IMG/VR virus record: IMGVR_UViG_3300011113_000787
Coordinates: 1-47,268 of that record
Length of the DNA: 47,268 nucleotides
Reading direction: 5' to 3' (one strand)
Origin: a virus
Taxonomy: Duplodnaviria > Heunggongvirae > Uroviricota > Caudoviricetes
Shown piece by piece: positions 1 to 10,024 of the stretch. How positions within the stretch are numbered: position 1 is the first letter of the stretch; every line of letters starts with the position of its first letter. The position numbers were made by a program, and so were the translations under genes. A model generated the notes under the pieces. It was not told the DNA's origin. It worked only from the letters and a program-made list of their open reading frames with translations, and made no database searches.

Positions 1-344
1 TCATAGAGTTTATCTTTTATTTCATTTTCTGTCTGACCAAATCTGAAAACTAATCTTCCTTTGTTTTCATCTTCTGTTTCCCAGGCTAACGCAACAACAT
101 CGTCCATTGCGTCTATCATAGAAAAAAAATCGGAGTTCTGAATCAATTCCAACTTTATATCGGTATTTCTCAGAACTCCCACTTTTTTGATATATTTTAA
201 CTCGGGTGGAGTTGGATAACCATTGGATGGTTTACTCTCCCAAGAATCTCCCCAAACGTCAGTTGTATCCGAGAAAATGAATTCGTAAAGATTATCTCCC
301 TTATAATTGGGACCTAATCCGTTTACGTAAATCAATTTACTCAT
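1..344 (-). CDS. hypothetical protein, partial (runs off left edge); MSKLIYVNGLGPNYKGDNLYEFIFSD...
   Basis: Manually translated open frame from ATG at 344, with an ATGA overlap with the stop of 341..1603; not in the ORF track. Confidence 0.8.
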   Translation of the reverse strand, partial: MSKLIYVNGLGPNYKGDNLYEFIFSDTTDVWGDSWESKPSNGYPTPPELKYIKKVGVLRNTDIKLELIQNSDFFSMIDAMDDVVALAWETEDENKGRLVFRFGQTENEIKDKLY

Positions 345-1603
345 ACTAACAAACCTTCAGGAGAAATTTTAACTTGTTTACCTTTGTTTTCGAAAACTAA
401 ATTTTTCATGTTAGTTTTCCCAACAATAGTTGCCTTAGAGTTTTCTTCCAAAAACTTTTGAGCTGCCAATTTTTGTTCAGCACTCTCAACCAATTTTTGA
501 ACCTCCACCATTTGTCTTTTAACCGAAATAGCGCTTTGTTTTTTCTTCTGTGCAAATTTCTCTCTGTTTTCAAGGATTTCTTTTTTACTTACTTCAAAAT
601 ACTTTGAAATTACTTTATCTACTTTAGATTCTCCAAAGATACTATCGAAAATTGCTCCGTTACCAAAGTCTTCTCCCATTTCACCTTCAACAGGTACATC
701 CATATTTGCTTGGATATCTTCTACTTCAGTATCAGATGTAATGTCCTCATCGGGTGCCATACCATCGATAGAACCCATTTCGTCCTCAGATTCTACTTCG
801 TCAAATTTAGAAATGATATCCTCTTTGTCTTCTTCAGATAAAGAACCCAAATCTAATGAAGACAATACCATATTGATAACGTACTTGATGTTTTCAGAAG
901 TCATTCCCTCTTCATTATCCAAGGTTCTAATTTTTTGTGTTAATTTACCTGTAAGTTTTTGAATTGTTTTAAAAGTTACTTTCTCTTCAACATCTCCGCC
1001 ACCCATATCAGTATCAACTTCAGCATCCATAGAGAATTCTTCTTCCCCTTCAGGTGCACCCATATCATCTGGAAGTTCTGCTCCACCCATTTCAGGCATT
1101 GCTGGCTCATCTCCCATAGGAGGAACCCCTGCGTCAGGTGAAGGAGGTAATTCAGGTGATGGTACTGCTGGAGGTGCCATTGGTGGTACCGCCATTTCTT
1201 CAGGTGCCGCCTCAGGTGCAGGTTTTGGAGTTTTTAAGACAAACTTCTTTTGTTCGCCAAAAAGAGAAACTCCTTCCTCATTCTCGTTCAATCTATTGAG
1301 TTCAGCGGCAAATAAATTTAGTCTTTTGAATGCTTGTGAATATGAAGAATAGTATTTTCTATTTTTCATAGGTTCAATGTATTCTGTAACTCCTTCAGTT
1401 ACAACTTTCTTAATGATGTATCCTTGTCTTTCTTTTACAATTTCATAGGACATTCCATCAGCAAGATTGATACCGTATTCGCTTCTACTAGTTTCATTCA
1501 ATGTATTAGGAATATTCTCTTTGAAACGAGCAATTTCCATAATTCTTTTTATCTTGTCTTGGCCTGTGAGTTTTTCACTTCCAATTGGTTTTAAGTCTGC
1601 CAT
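341..1603 (-). CDS. acidic, Pro-rich hypothetical protein, probable virion/structural protein
   Basis: 420-aa ORF with a Pro/Glu/Asp-rich low-complexity centre and an amphipathic N-terminal helix (KIKRIMEIA) like other late proteins here. Confidence 0.7.
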   Translation of the reverse strand: MADLKPIGSEKLTGQDKIKRIMEIARFKENIPNTLNETSRSEYGINLADGMSYEIVKERQGYIIKKVVTEGVTEYIEPMKNRKYYSSYSQAFKRLNLFAAELNRLNENEEGVSLFGEQKKFVLKTPKPAPEAAPEEMAVPPMAPPAVPSPELPPSPDAGVPPMGDEPAMPEMGGAELPDDMGAPEGEEEFSMDAEVDTDMGGGDVEEKVTFKTIQKLTGKLTQKIRTLDNEEGMTSENIKYVINMVLSSLDLGSLSEEDKEDIISKFDEVESEDEMGSIDGMAPDEDITSDTEVEDIQANMDVPVEGEMGEDFGNGAIFDSIFGESKVDKVISKYFEVSKKEILENREKFAQKKKQSAISVKRQMVEVQKLVESAEQKLAAQKFLEENSKATIVGKTNMKNLVFENKGKQVKISPEGLLV

Positions 1604-1623
1604 ATTTTGAACTATTGTTTTTT

Positions 1624-2640
1624 TTAACTATTTAATCCGTTTACTCCTCCTAAGAGTACTGCGTTTAGTTGGACTGCCACTCCGTTTTCTGTTGCGAATC
1701 CAGGGTGTGGTACCTGTACACCAGGTGCCAAAGTACCTCCACTAAAGGAACCTTCCATTGCTGCAGTATATTCATAGAATTGGTTAACCGACGTACCTGT
1801 ATAAACAACTCCACACTCGGCACAATCTACATATGGACCACTAAGGTATGTTGCAGTTGCGACGATTGGACCATAGCTGGTATCAGTAACGAAGTAACAG
1901 TTATAGTCTAAATTATTATTATCAAATGTGAAGATATACATATCCCCAATTGTTGGAGATACTCCCGTAATTTCTACACTCCACGAAGTACCGATACAAT
2001 CTGTGATTAACCAATAACCTGGAGGTGTTGGTGTAGGTGTTGGAGTTTTAGTAGTTGTTGGCGTTGGGGTTGAAGTAACTGCGGCAGTTGCCGTAGCTGA
2101 AGGTGTTACAGCAGGAGTTGCTGTTGGTGATGCTGTAATTGTAGGTGTTGCAGTAACACTTGGTGTATCCGTTGGTGTTGCGGTTGCAGAAGCAGTAATA
2201 CTTGGTGTAACTCCTGGTGTACCTGTTGGTGTAGGTGTTGATGTAACGTTAGGAGTATCAGTTGGGGTACTAGTTGTAGTAACTGAAGGTGTAGGTGTTA
2301 CACTTGGAGTATCTGTAGGTGTAGTCGTAACACTTGGAGTATCTGTAGGTGTTACTGTAGGTGTTGGAGTTTTGGTAGGAGTTGCTGTTGTAGTTGGCGT
2401 TGGAGTAACAACTGCCAAACATGTAGCACAATCACCGTAGTCTGTTGATAGAGTGGCAACTAAATCAACTCCTGTTGAAGGTTCAGCATTATCAATTATA
2501 TCATAACAACCTTCACTGGTTGCCCCTGTGAAAGTTAGATAATAATTTCCGTTGACTGCTGGTAAATTGCTACTATCGAAATCAACAAGTATTGCAGGAC
2601 CACCAGAACACGAACCTACGAGATATGTTACTAAAGCCAT
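1624..2640 (-). CDS. Thr/Pro-rich linker protein with two Cys-rich modules, probable virion surface protein
   Basis: PT-repeat centre (about aa 78-206) flanked by similar C..C/CxxC modules (CYDI...YGDCATC and CYFV...YVDCAEC); TATTTATA 12 nt upstream. Confidence 0.65.
   Translation of the reverse strand: MALVTYLVGSCSGGPAILVDFDSSNLPAVNGNYYLTFTGATSEGCYDIIDNAEPSTGVDLVATLSTDYGDCATCLAVVTPTPTTTATPTKTPTPTVTPTDTPSVTTTPTDTPSVTPTPSVTTTSTPTDTPNVTSTPTPTGTPGVTPSITASATATPTDTPSVTATPTITASPTATPAVTPSATATAAVTSTPTPTTTKTPTPTPTPPGYWLITDCIGTSWSVEITGVSPTIGDMYIFTFDNNNLDYNCYFVTDTSYGPIVATATYLSGPYVDCAECGVVYTGTSVNQFYEYTAAMEGSFSGGTLAPGVQVPHPGFATENGVAVQLNAVLLGGVNGLNS
2300..2352. repeat. 23-bp direct repeat with 30-bp period (ACACTTGGAGTATCTGTAGGTGT) encoding TPTDTPSV repeats
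   Basis: Identical copies at 2300-2322 and 2330-2352. Confidence 0.85.
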
Positions 2641-2708
2641 TTATTTTTTCTTTATAAATATACGACTACATAGAATAATTGTTATTATTCGTCGTAATCA
2701 AATAAATA

Positions 2709-3464
2709 TCAATTTTGGAAAGATTCTTCTATTTTTCTTTCAACCGATAATTTTTTATCCACTGCTTTGTGAGTTGAGTCGAACAGTTTTTGTATGTGAC
2801 CCGACCTTCTCAAAAACTTGAAAACCAAATTTTCATAAGAAAGTTCACCCTTCCCTTCTAATCCTGATTTTCTGTATTCTTTGAGCTTTTTTCTCAAATT
2901 TTCTAAAACTTCAATATTATCATCAATACTTTCAGTATCTGTGGCTTTTTCTATTTTTTCAACCCAACACTCGATTTTGTTTTTGAGCACCGTTTTATCA
3001 ATTTCAAATTTCATTTTTTCAGGTACATTCAACCATTCGTCATTCATAACTGAATAAACACCTGAGCTAGTATGAATTTCTTCAGTATCTTGTGCATACA
3101 ATTCAACGTCATATCCATATATCTTTATATTATGTCTCTCGTTGAACACAAACTTTTTCAAATCGAATAGTTCTTTATATAATGGAGCGTCCTTCTCATA
3201 CTGTTGTAAATCAACTAATACGTGTAAATCAAAGTCTGAAAATTCTGACCAATTGAAATTTGATAATGAACCTGTAAGTACTACGTCGTCAACAAATACA
3301 TCGTCTCCCAAATAGTCTATAAACTCTTCTGCAATACGCATGAGAGATTCTCTAACCTTTGGTTTCATAACTGCCTTCTTTGGGTCAGAAGGGTTAGTCC
3401 AAATTTTTGGATTTAATGTATCTCTAACTGAAAAACTATCTATAATCTTATTGAACTTACTCAT
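2709..3464 (-). CDS. DNA polymerase beta-superfamily nucleotidyltransferase
   Basis: GS...DxD signature LTGSLSNFNWSEFSDFDLHV plus a downstream acidic DVELY strand. Confidence 0.75.
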   Translation of the reverse strand: MSKFNKIIDSFSVRDTLNPKIWTNPSDPKKAVMKPKVRESLMRIAEEFIDYLGDDVFVDDVVLTGSLSNFNWSEFSDFDLHVLVDLQQYEKDAPLYKELFDLKKFVFNERHNIKIYGYDVELYAQDTEEIHTSSGVYSVMNDEWLNVPEKMKFEIDKTVLKNKIECWVEKIEKATDTESIDDNIEVLENLRKKLKEYRKSGLEGKGELSYENLVFKFLRRSGHIQKLFDSTHKAVDKKLSVERKIEESFQN

Positions 3465-3485
3465 CCTAAATAAATAGTCAGAGTG

Positions 3486-3728
3486 TTATAGTTTTTTGTA
3501 TTTGAACTTTTTGGAAATATCTGTTGTAAAAAACTTACCTTGAGATTCCGCCATTCTGAATTTGGTGTATGTTTGATGAGGCACTTCATCATACTCATAT
3601 TTGAATCCGTTGTTGAACTCAACGATGAGTTTTTTTGATTCTGTATCGTATTCTGCAGATTTAATATTTGAAGATTTAATCTCGTTAATAATCTTCGTCC
3701 CTTGTATTGTTTCCCTTGTTATCGCCAT
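3486..3728 (-). CDS. KTSC domain protein
   Basis: SSNIKSAEYD...LIVEFNNG..YEYDEVP...AESQGKFF matches the KTSC pattern. Confidence 0.85.
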   Translation of the reverse strand: MAITRETIQGTKIINEIKSSNIKSAEYDTESKKLIVEFNNGFKYEYDEVPHQTYTKFRMAESQGKFFTTDISKKFKYKKL

Positions 3729-4017
3729 TTTTTAAAGGTGTTAATTCGTTAATTTTTAAAAGTAATGGACCTACATAATCCACTAATTCACCACGTTCAA
3801 TATTAAATCCATAATCACTAATCATACGATGTAAAGAATTTAATCTATCAGTAAATCTATCATGCAAACGCATCATAGTCGTTGTATATGTTGGAGGGTC
3901 ATCCAAATCAGATTCACTGAAACCCAACTCTTGAAAATGCTTCCTCATTTCCAAATAAACGTCCAATAAATTTCTAAGGGCTAAACTGTCTTCAATTAAT
4001 TCAAAATATGGTTTCAT
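3685..4017 (-). CDS. hypothetical protein
   Basis: 110-aa ORF with TATTTATA just upstream. Confidence 0.7.
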   Translation of the reverse strand: MKPYFELIEDSLALRNLLDVYLEMRKHFQELGFSESDLDDPPTYTTTMMRLHDRFTDRLNSLHRMISDYGFNIERGELVDYVGPLLLKINELTPLKNGDNKGNNTRDEDY

Positions 4018-4079
4018 ACTTATAAATACAAAACCCCCACCAAAATGATGAGGGTTTTACGGATGTCCATTATTGAATC

Positions 4080-4475
4080 TTAAAGAATACTAATTCTTTT
4101 CTTATCTTGTTTTTTGTAGTTTGGTACAAACACAGTCAACATACCATCTTCTATGGTTGCTTCAATTGACGATGCATTATAACCATCACCGATTTTGAAT
4201 TCTTTGTTAATTGTTTTTGTTTTTTCTTCACCATTTAATTTGTAAGTTCTCTTACCATTGATGTAGAGGACACCGTCTTCCATTTCAGCCTTCAAATTTG
4301 TTTTGTTGAAACCTGGTGCTTCAAAAAACAAATAAGCACCGTCTTTTGTGTGATTAATTTCATAATTTTCTTCACCCAAATTTTTGGTCACCAAAGAAGT
4401 CTTGTAATAGGAATTCATATTACTACCCAAGATGTCTGAGAATAGTGAATTGATTTCGTTGTTTGATAAAATCAT
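4080..4475 (-). CDS. small heat shock protein (Hsp20/alpha-crystallin)
   Basis: FEAPGFNK, LYINGKR and IEATIEDGMLTVFVP motifs. Confidence 0.85.
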   Translation of the reverse strand: MILSNNEINSLFSDILGSNMNSYYKTSLVTKNLGEENYEINHTKDGAYLFFEAPGFNKTNLKAEMEDGVLYINGKRTYKLNGEEKTKTINKEFKIGDGYNASSIEATIEDGMLTVFVPNYKKQDKKRISIL

Positions 4476-4551
4476 AATTTTTCAATTTTTGTTTTTAAAG
4501 TTTATTATTTATCTTTGTGATAGTCAACTTTTATGCCGTGAGACTAATCAC

Positions 4552-4594
4552 GACAAAAAGTCAGTTGATAAATAAACTATAAGACATTTTGTCT
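4552..4594. promoter_or_regulatory. paired inverted repeats GACAAAAAGTC and AGACATTTTGTCT between divergent hsp20 and clpC
   Basis: Palindromes at 4552-4562 and 4582-4594; operator role is inferred. Confidence 0.4.
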
Positions 4595-4646
4595 CAAAGT
4601 TTGGTAAAGTCCAAAATTTGATACATCTTTACAAAAATTAATTACT

Positions 4647-6659
4647 ATGAATGATTTAATGGACGACGACGAAAAAATGAGTAAAAAACAAAAACAGAAC
4701 TCAGACAGTAGTACTCCTGTTTTGGATAACTTCAGTAGAGACTTAAATAAGTTAGCAGAACAAGGTAAACTCGACCCTGTAATTGGAAGAGACCGTGAGA
4801 TTCTGAGGATTGCTCAAATCTTATCTCGTAGAAAGAAAAACAATCCGATTATCATTGGTGAACCTGGTTGTGGTAAAACTGCAATTGTTGAAGGTCTTGC
4901 AATGAAGATTGTAAGTGGGGAATGTCCAAGAAATTTGATAGACAAAAGATTGGTCAATTTGGATTTGACTTCAGTTGTGGCGGGTACGAAATACCGTGGA
5001 CAATTTGAGGAAAGAATGAAAGTTATCATCGAAGAACTTCAAGCTAATCCGAATATCATTGTATTCATAGATGAGGTTCACACTTTAGTTGGTTCAGGTA
5101 ACTCCGCAGGTTCTATGGACGGTTCTAACATTTTCAAACCAGCTCTATCTCGTGGTGAGATTCAAATTATCGGAGCCACTACTTTAGATGAGTTCCGTAA
5201 AAACATTGAGAAAGACGGTGCATTAGAACGTAGATTCCAAAAAGTAATGGTTGACCCATCCTCAGTTGTTGAGACAATTCAGATTCTAAAAAATATCAGA
5301 GAGAAGTATGAATCTTATCACAAGGTTACTTACTCTGATGACGTTATTGAGACATGTGTGAAACTTGCTGACCGATATATCACTGACCGTGAGTTTCCCG
5401 ATAAGGCTTTTGATATCATGGATGAAGTTGGTGCAAGAATGCAAACTGAACTCAAGGTCCCACCTTCAATTGAAGAGTTGAAAAAGAAAGCTGCCGATAT
5501 TCGTAATCAAAAGATTGACGTAGTAAAAAAACAAAACTACGAACAAGCAGCCCAACTCAGAGACAAGGAGAAAAAACTATTGGACAAGTTGGAAACTGAG
5601 AAAAAGAAGTTTGAGGAAGAAATGATTAACAACAAAAAACAGATTTCTTTAGAAGACGTTTATGATGTTGTTTCTAACATGACCAAAATTCCTGTTAACA
5701 AAATGAGTGTTGATGATACAAAGGCACTTATAAACTTAGACAAAGAATTGATGGGTAAGGTTATTGGACAAGACGATGCGGTCAAGAAAATTGCAAAAGC
5801 AATCAAAAGAAACCGTCTCGGTATCAAAGACCCAAATCGCCCAATCGGTTCATTTGTATTCTTGGGTTCAACAGGGGTTGGTAAAACTCACTTAGCTAAA
5901 CAATTAGCTAAAGAAATGTTTGGTTCTGAAGATTCACTCATCCGTGTGGACATGTCTGAATACCAAGAGAAACACACTGTTTCCAAATTGGTGGGGGCTC
6001 CTCCAGGTTATGTGGGATATGAAGAAGGTGGTCTCCTTACAGAAAAGGTAAAGAACAAACCATATTCCGTAATTCTTTTTGACGAGGTAGAAAAAGCTCA
6101 CAAAGATGTGTTCACTGTTTTACTTCAGATTTTAGATGATGGTCACGTTACAGACAGTTTGGGACGTAAGATTAATTTCAAAAACACTTTGATTATTCTT
6201 ACTTCAAACTTGGGTGTGAAAAAACTTCAAGACTTCGGAACAGGTATTGGTTTTGGTACAAGTGCTTACGGAAACGAAGAAGCTAAAAAACAGGTACTAA
6301 TGAAAGAAATGAAAAATTTCTTTTCTCCTGAATTCATCAACCGTATTGACGACACAATTGTATTCAACAGTTTGAGTAAGGATGATATTAAGAAAATTAC
6401 TGAAATCGAACTCAAGAAGTTGATTGGTAGACTTGAGGATATGAACTACAAAGTGTCTTATGACGAGACATTGGTAGAGTACCTCTCCAAGGTTGGTTTT
6501 GACGAACTATATGGAGCTCGTCCTCTTAAAAGAGCTATTCAAGATAAAATTGAAGATTTGCTCTCCGAGGAAGTTTTAACAGGAAAACTTTTAGAAAATA
6601 AAAACTACAAGTTGAAAGTTGACGGTGAAAATGTAGTAATAGAAAAAAAGGGACGATAA
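4647..6659 (+). CDS. clpC: ClpC-type Hsp100 AAA+ ATPase lacking the N-terminal Clp-repeat domain
   Basis: Walker A motifs GEPGCGKT and GSTGVGKT, UVR-like middle coil YEQAAQLRD, GAPPGYVG pore loop, and an IGF ClpP-docking loop (GIGF). Confidence 0.88.
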   Translation: MNDLMDDDEKMSKKQKQNSDSSTPVLDNFSRDLNKLAEQGKLDPVIGRDREILRIAQILSRRKKNNPIIIGEPGCGKTAIVEGLAMKIVSGECPRNLIDKRLVNLDLTSVVAGTKYRGQFEERMKVIIEELQANPNIIVFIDEVHTLVGSGNSAGSMDGSNIFKPALSRGEIQIIGATTLDEFRKNIEKDGALERRFQKVMVDPSSVVETIQILKNIREKYESYHKVTYSDDVIETCVKLADRYITDREFPDKAFDIMDEVGARMQTELKVPPSIEELKKKAADIRNQKIDVVKKQNYEQAAQLRDKEKKLLDKLETEKKKFEEEMINNKKQISLEDVYDVVSNMTKIPVNKMSVDDTKALINLDKELMGKVIGQDDAVKKIAKAIKRNRLGIKDPNRPIGSFVFLGSTGVGKTHLAKQLAKEMFGSEDSLIRVDMSEYQEKHTVSKLVGAPPGYVGYEEGGLLTEKVKNKPYSVILFDEVEKAHKDVFTVLLQILDDGHVTDSLGRKINFKNTLIILTSNLGVKKLQDFGTGIGFGTSAYGNEEAKKQVLMKEMKNFFSPEFINRIDDTIVFNSLSKDDIKKITEIELKKLIGRLEDMNYKVSYDETLVEYLSKVGFDELYGARPLKRAIQDKIEDLLSEEVLTGKLLENKNYKLKVDGENVVIEKKGR

Positions 6660-6671
6660 GTCCCTTTTTTT
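6643..6671 (+). terminator. intrinsic terminator after clpC
   Basis: AAAAAAAGGGAC/GTCCCTTTTTTT hairpin. Confidence 0.8.
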
Positions 6672-6684
6672 TATATTTATAAGA

Positions 6685-7293
6685 ATGAGTAATCTCTCAA
6701 GACTTTTAAATCAGTTCAAAGAAAATTTTCCAAGTGAATATAAATCCAAGGTAGGTGTAATTGAAACCTTTATAAAAAATTATATTCAGAAACGAAAAGT
6801 TAATGTAAAGTTTTTAAATTCATGTTCAACGGGATTCTCAGGTGTTAGAACAAGAGACCAAGTTATTATTTGTTCACCAATGAACATGAAAACTATTGGT
6901 GATTTTTTATATACAATTTTTCACGAAATCAGGCATGACCAACAAGTCCGAGATATAAAGATGCCAAACCCCTTCACCGATTTTGATTTGGATGATTTGG
7001 AAAAATTATATGAACACTATTGGGAGATGGAATTGGATGCGGACCAATTTGCTAAAAATATGGTGGCAAAACTCGTAATCAAACTAGGTATACCTATAGA
7101 AATTGCAAAACAACAATTCAGACTTTCAAGTTATATAGAAAATTACCCCATGATGTCTCAGGGTGTTATATTTCAACTTTCACAAATTATGAAACAAGTG
7201 AAAGAAATGAAAAAATCGGGGGTCGAATATAATGATATACAAGACCACCCGATGGTTAAAAAATATATAAGTCAGTTAGAAGACTTCATTTAA
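6685..7293 (+). CDS. putative zinc metallopeptidase-like protein (HExxH)
   Basis: FHEIRH plus a downstream ELDAD acidic motif. Confidence 0.55.
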   Translation: MSNLSRLLNQFKENFPSEYKSKVGVIETFIKNYIQKRKVNVKFLNSCSTGFSGVRTRDQVIICSPMNMKTIGDFLYTIFHEIRHDQQVRDIKMPNPFTDFDLDDLEKLYEHYWEMELDADQFAKNMVAKLVIKLGIPIEIAKQQFRLSSYIENYPMMSQGVIFQLSQIMKQVKEMKKSGVEYNDIQDHPMVKKYISQLEDFI

Positions 7294-8129
7294 AAAGTAT
7301 AAGACCTTTGGACATAATCTTGTGACTTTTTATAGTGTAGATTATATCCTAATTTCTCAATCATTTTTCTTCCCATTTCAATTCCGTTAAAAACATCATC
7401 GACTACAACGTATTCGTTCGCTGTGTGATAATCGTAGTATCCGATTGAGAAATTTATACATGAAAAATCAAACTTCCCTCTCAAAGCATAAACATCAGTA
7501 TACGGATGAACCATATATTGCATGTTTTCTTTCACCATACCTTCACTCAAAACTTCGTTGCAAGATTCGAAGAATTCAGAATCACGGTCAAACAAAACTT
7601 GACCAAAACATTTCTCAGTAATCATCCAATTCTCAGGTGCGTCGAATTGTATTCCGTAACCCACGTTCTCAAAAAACTCGGGGTCTGCACTACGAGAACC
7701 GTGGCATCCAGTTTCTTCAGAAACAAAGAAAGCTGCTTTTAGATATGGTAACTCACGAAGTAGAGTCATACACGCAAATACACCACATTTATCGTCACCA
7801 CCAATACCTGTTGGTCTTCCCAAGTCGTTATAACCTTTCAGTGCCAATTTCAGTTCGTCTTGCGCATTCGGTAGTTGTTCTTCAATTACATTAATAACAT
7901 CCAAACTATGAACGGTATCTGTGTGAGAAATCACACAAGGAAAATAGAAGTCTTTTGGTAATTCACCTTGAGGTTTTTTGGTTGCATAGATATTTCTTTT
8001 ATCATCCAAATAAAATTCAATGTTGTTTGCCTCAAGCCACTTGGAGAGATATGAAATCATCATATCCTCTTTGTAAGTCTTGGTAGGAATACTCAAAACT
8101 TGTTTTAGTAATTCTATATTTTTAGTCAT
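7290..8129 (-). CDS. M20/M28-family metallopeptidase
   Basis: SHTDTVH, GGDDKCG, SEETG and YHTANE metal-ligand motifs. Confidence 0.8.
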   Translation of the reverse strand: MTKNIELLKQVLSIPTKTYKEDMMISYLSKWLEANNIEFYLDDKRNIYATKKPQGELPKDFYFPCVISHTDTVHSLDVINVIEEQLPNAQDELKLALKGYNDLGRPTGIGGDDKCGVFACMTLLRELPYLKAAFFVSEETGCHGSRSADPEFFENVGYGIQFDAPENWMITEKCFGQVLFDRDSEFFESCNEVLSEGMVKENMQYMVHPYTDVYALRGKFDFSCINFSIGYYDYHTANEYVVVDDVFNGIEMGRKMIEKLGYNLHYKKSQDYVQRSYTF

Positions 8130-8152
8130 TAAACAAAAGTACGAATTATTCC

Positions 8153-9193
8153 TTAAAATTCCAAACGGAATAATTCAGGTTGGTAAAGTAATCTATAGAA
8201 GGCTTCTTCTGAAACAGCAAAATCTTTAAATTCTCCCCCCTTTCTTTTTAAACTAATATCAATTTTACCATCTTTTCTATCAAATCCTCTAATCTTGAAC
8301 ATAACTTTATCGTCTTTAGGTAAATCATACCAAACATTTGTTTTGTATTTGTTTGATATTTTATCAACCAATTTCACAAAGTCTTGAAGTGATGATTCGT
8401 CCTCATCCTCTTCAAGTTTACCAAGTATGTCTTCTAATTCTTTTTCTACTGTTCTATTAAAAGAGTCTTTATCAAAATGTTCATCATCTTGGTATCCGTA
8501 CCTATCTTCATCCCAACCACCTATTGTTCTATCAGAACCTTTGAAAACTTCTTTAAAGAGTTTTGTTAATGATAGATGGGGTACTCCGAATTGTAGATAT
8601 AAAGAAATCAAATCAGCAACTGTAGTTTTTATACTATCACCACCATACAAATCTAATCCAAAATTTTTCAAAAAATTATCGAGTTCTTTTTCTACATGTT
8701 CACGTGCAACATGATTCATTTCTCTGTTTTTTTCATGTGTCCAATCTTGAACAATATTAGTAACACTTTTTGGGAAAAACTTGTCTAATTTTGCACCAAA
8801 CTCTCCCATACTATCATTAGCATTCCAATCGATTACGGTATTGAAATAATATTTGGCAATTTTTTCCATCAACTCCATATTTTCAGGATTGATATCATAC
8901 CAAGCTCCATAACCTTGTTTCCAATCATCGTCAGCTGTGTAAAAATCGTATGCTTCATATTGTTGATATGGTGATGTTACCATTTGATAAAACCAAATAT
9001 CATCATCATTTAACCCTAAAATTTTACCAAGTTTTTCGAATGATTTGAAGTTTAGTATTACAGTGGATTGTGCTGGGTTTGTTGAATTTAAACTTATTCT
9101 ATCGATTGCAGGGTCGATACCCTCCAATTCATATTTGGAAATTCTGCCCTTAACGAAATTTCTTAAACCATAAAATGAATCACCTAATTCCAT
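8153..9193 (-). CDS. hypothetical protein
   Basis: 346-aa ORF with a TATTTAT motif upstream. Confidence 0.75.
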   Translation of the reverse strand: MELGDSFYGLRNFVKGRISKYELEGIDPAIDRISLNSTNPAQSTVILNFKSFEKLGKILGLNDDDIWFYQMVTSPYQQYEAYDFYTADDDWKQGYGAWYDINPENMELMEKIAKYYFNTVIDWNANDSMGEFGAKLDKFFPKSVTNIVQDWTHEKNREMNHVAREHVEKELDNFLKNFGLDLYGGDSIKTTVADLISLYLQFGVPHLSLTKLFKEVFKGSDRTIGGWDEDRYGYQDDEHFDKDSFNRTVEKELEDILGKLEEDEDESSLQDFVKLVDKISNKYKTNVWYDLPKDDKVMFKIRGFDRKDGKIDISLKRKGGEFKDFAVSEEAFYRLLYQPELFRLEF

Positions 9194-9233
9194 ATCTTAT
9201 AGATAAATACTTTTGTTTTGTTATCTTTTAGTC

Positions 9234-9998
9234 ATGAAGACAATTGAAGAATCAATAAAGGCAGTAAAAGAGTTCGATTTCAAATCAGCAACTCAAAAGG
9301 AAATTGAAGAAGTTCTTCCATCTTTCGGAATGAATGATGAATATACTTTTGAAATGCCCAAAATTTTCGAACCCAACTTTGGTTGGGGAATTAAATTTTG
9401 GCAGTACCCAAATCAATTTAGTAAGTTACTTACTCATTTGAAAGATAAAGAAATTGATTCATATTTGGAAATGGGGGTTAGGTGGGGAGGAACTTTCATT
9501 ATTATGAATGAATTCTTAATGAAATATAATCCAATTTTAGAAGCCCATGCAGTTGATATTATTGAGGCTTCAGAAATCTTACACACATATCAGACAAAAT
9601 TCAGAGAAAGACAATTCTTTTATCACCACATGGAGACACAAAGTGCCGACTTCTTCCAAAGACTTGAGGGTAAAGATAACTTAGTACCAACCAAACAAAT
9701 TGATTTAGTTTTTATTGATGCATGCCATTCATATCAATGTATCAAAAGGGATTACTATATTGCTTTGATGCTAGGTGCAAAGTACATTCTTTTTCACGAT
9801 ATTGTTAATACGAATACAAAAGGTGCACAATTAGCGTGGAAAGAAATGAAAAAACTACATAAAACCACATACGAATTTGTAGACCAATATGAAAATATGA
9901 ACGGAAAATATTTGGGATTGGGTCTCATTGAGGTCGACAAAGATGATGATATTTTTCCAATGTTCAAAACACATTATCACCATCTTAATGATTGGTGA
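9234..9998 (+). CDS. class I SAM-dependent methyltransferase (Methyltransf_24-like)
   Basis: YLEMGVRWGG, VFIDACHSY and FHDI motifs; start moved to the second Met because TACTTTTG at 9208-9215 overlaps the first. Confidence 0.75.
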   Translation: MKTIEESIKAVKEFDFKSATQKEIEEVLPSFGMNDEYTFEMPKIFEPNFGWGIKFWQYPNQFSKLLTHLKDKEIDSYLEMGVRWGGTFIIMNEFLMKYNPILEAHAVDIIEASEILHTYQTKFRERQFFYHHMETQSADFFQRLEGKDNLVPTKQIDLVFIDACHSYQCIKRDYYIALMLGAKYILFHDIVNTNTKGAQLAWKEMKKLHKTTYEFVDQYENMNGKYLGLGLIEVDKDDDIFPMFKTHYHHLNDW

Positions 9999-10024
9999 TT
10001 GTTTTTTTATCTAATATTTATTCC

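Noticed and set aside
2653-2660. T4-type late promoter TATAAATA read on the plus strand
   Set aside because: Across the window the motif is consistently oriented as TATTTATA relative to the downstream gene, so the plus-strand reading is only the reverse complement
4647-6659. ClpB annotation
   Set aside because: The middle domain is short and UVR-like, and an IGF loop is present; both are ClpC features
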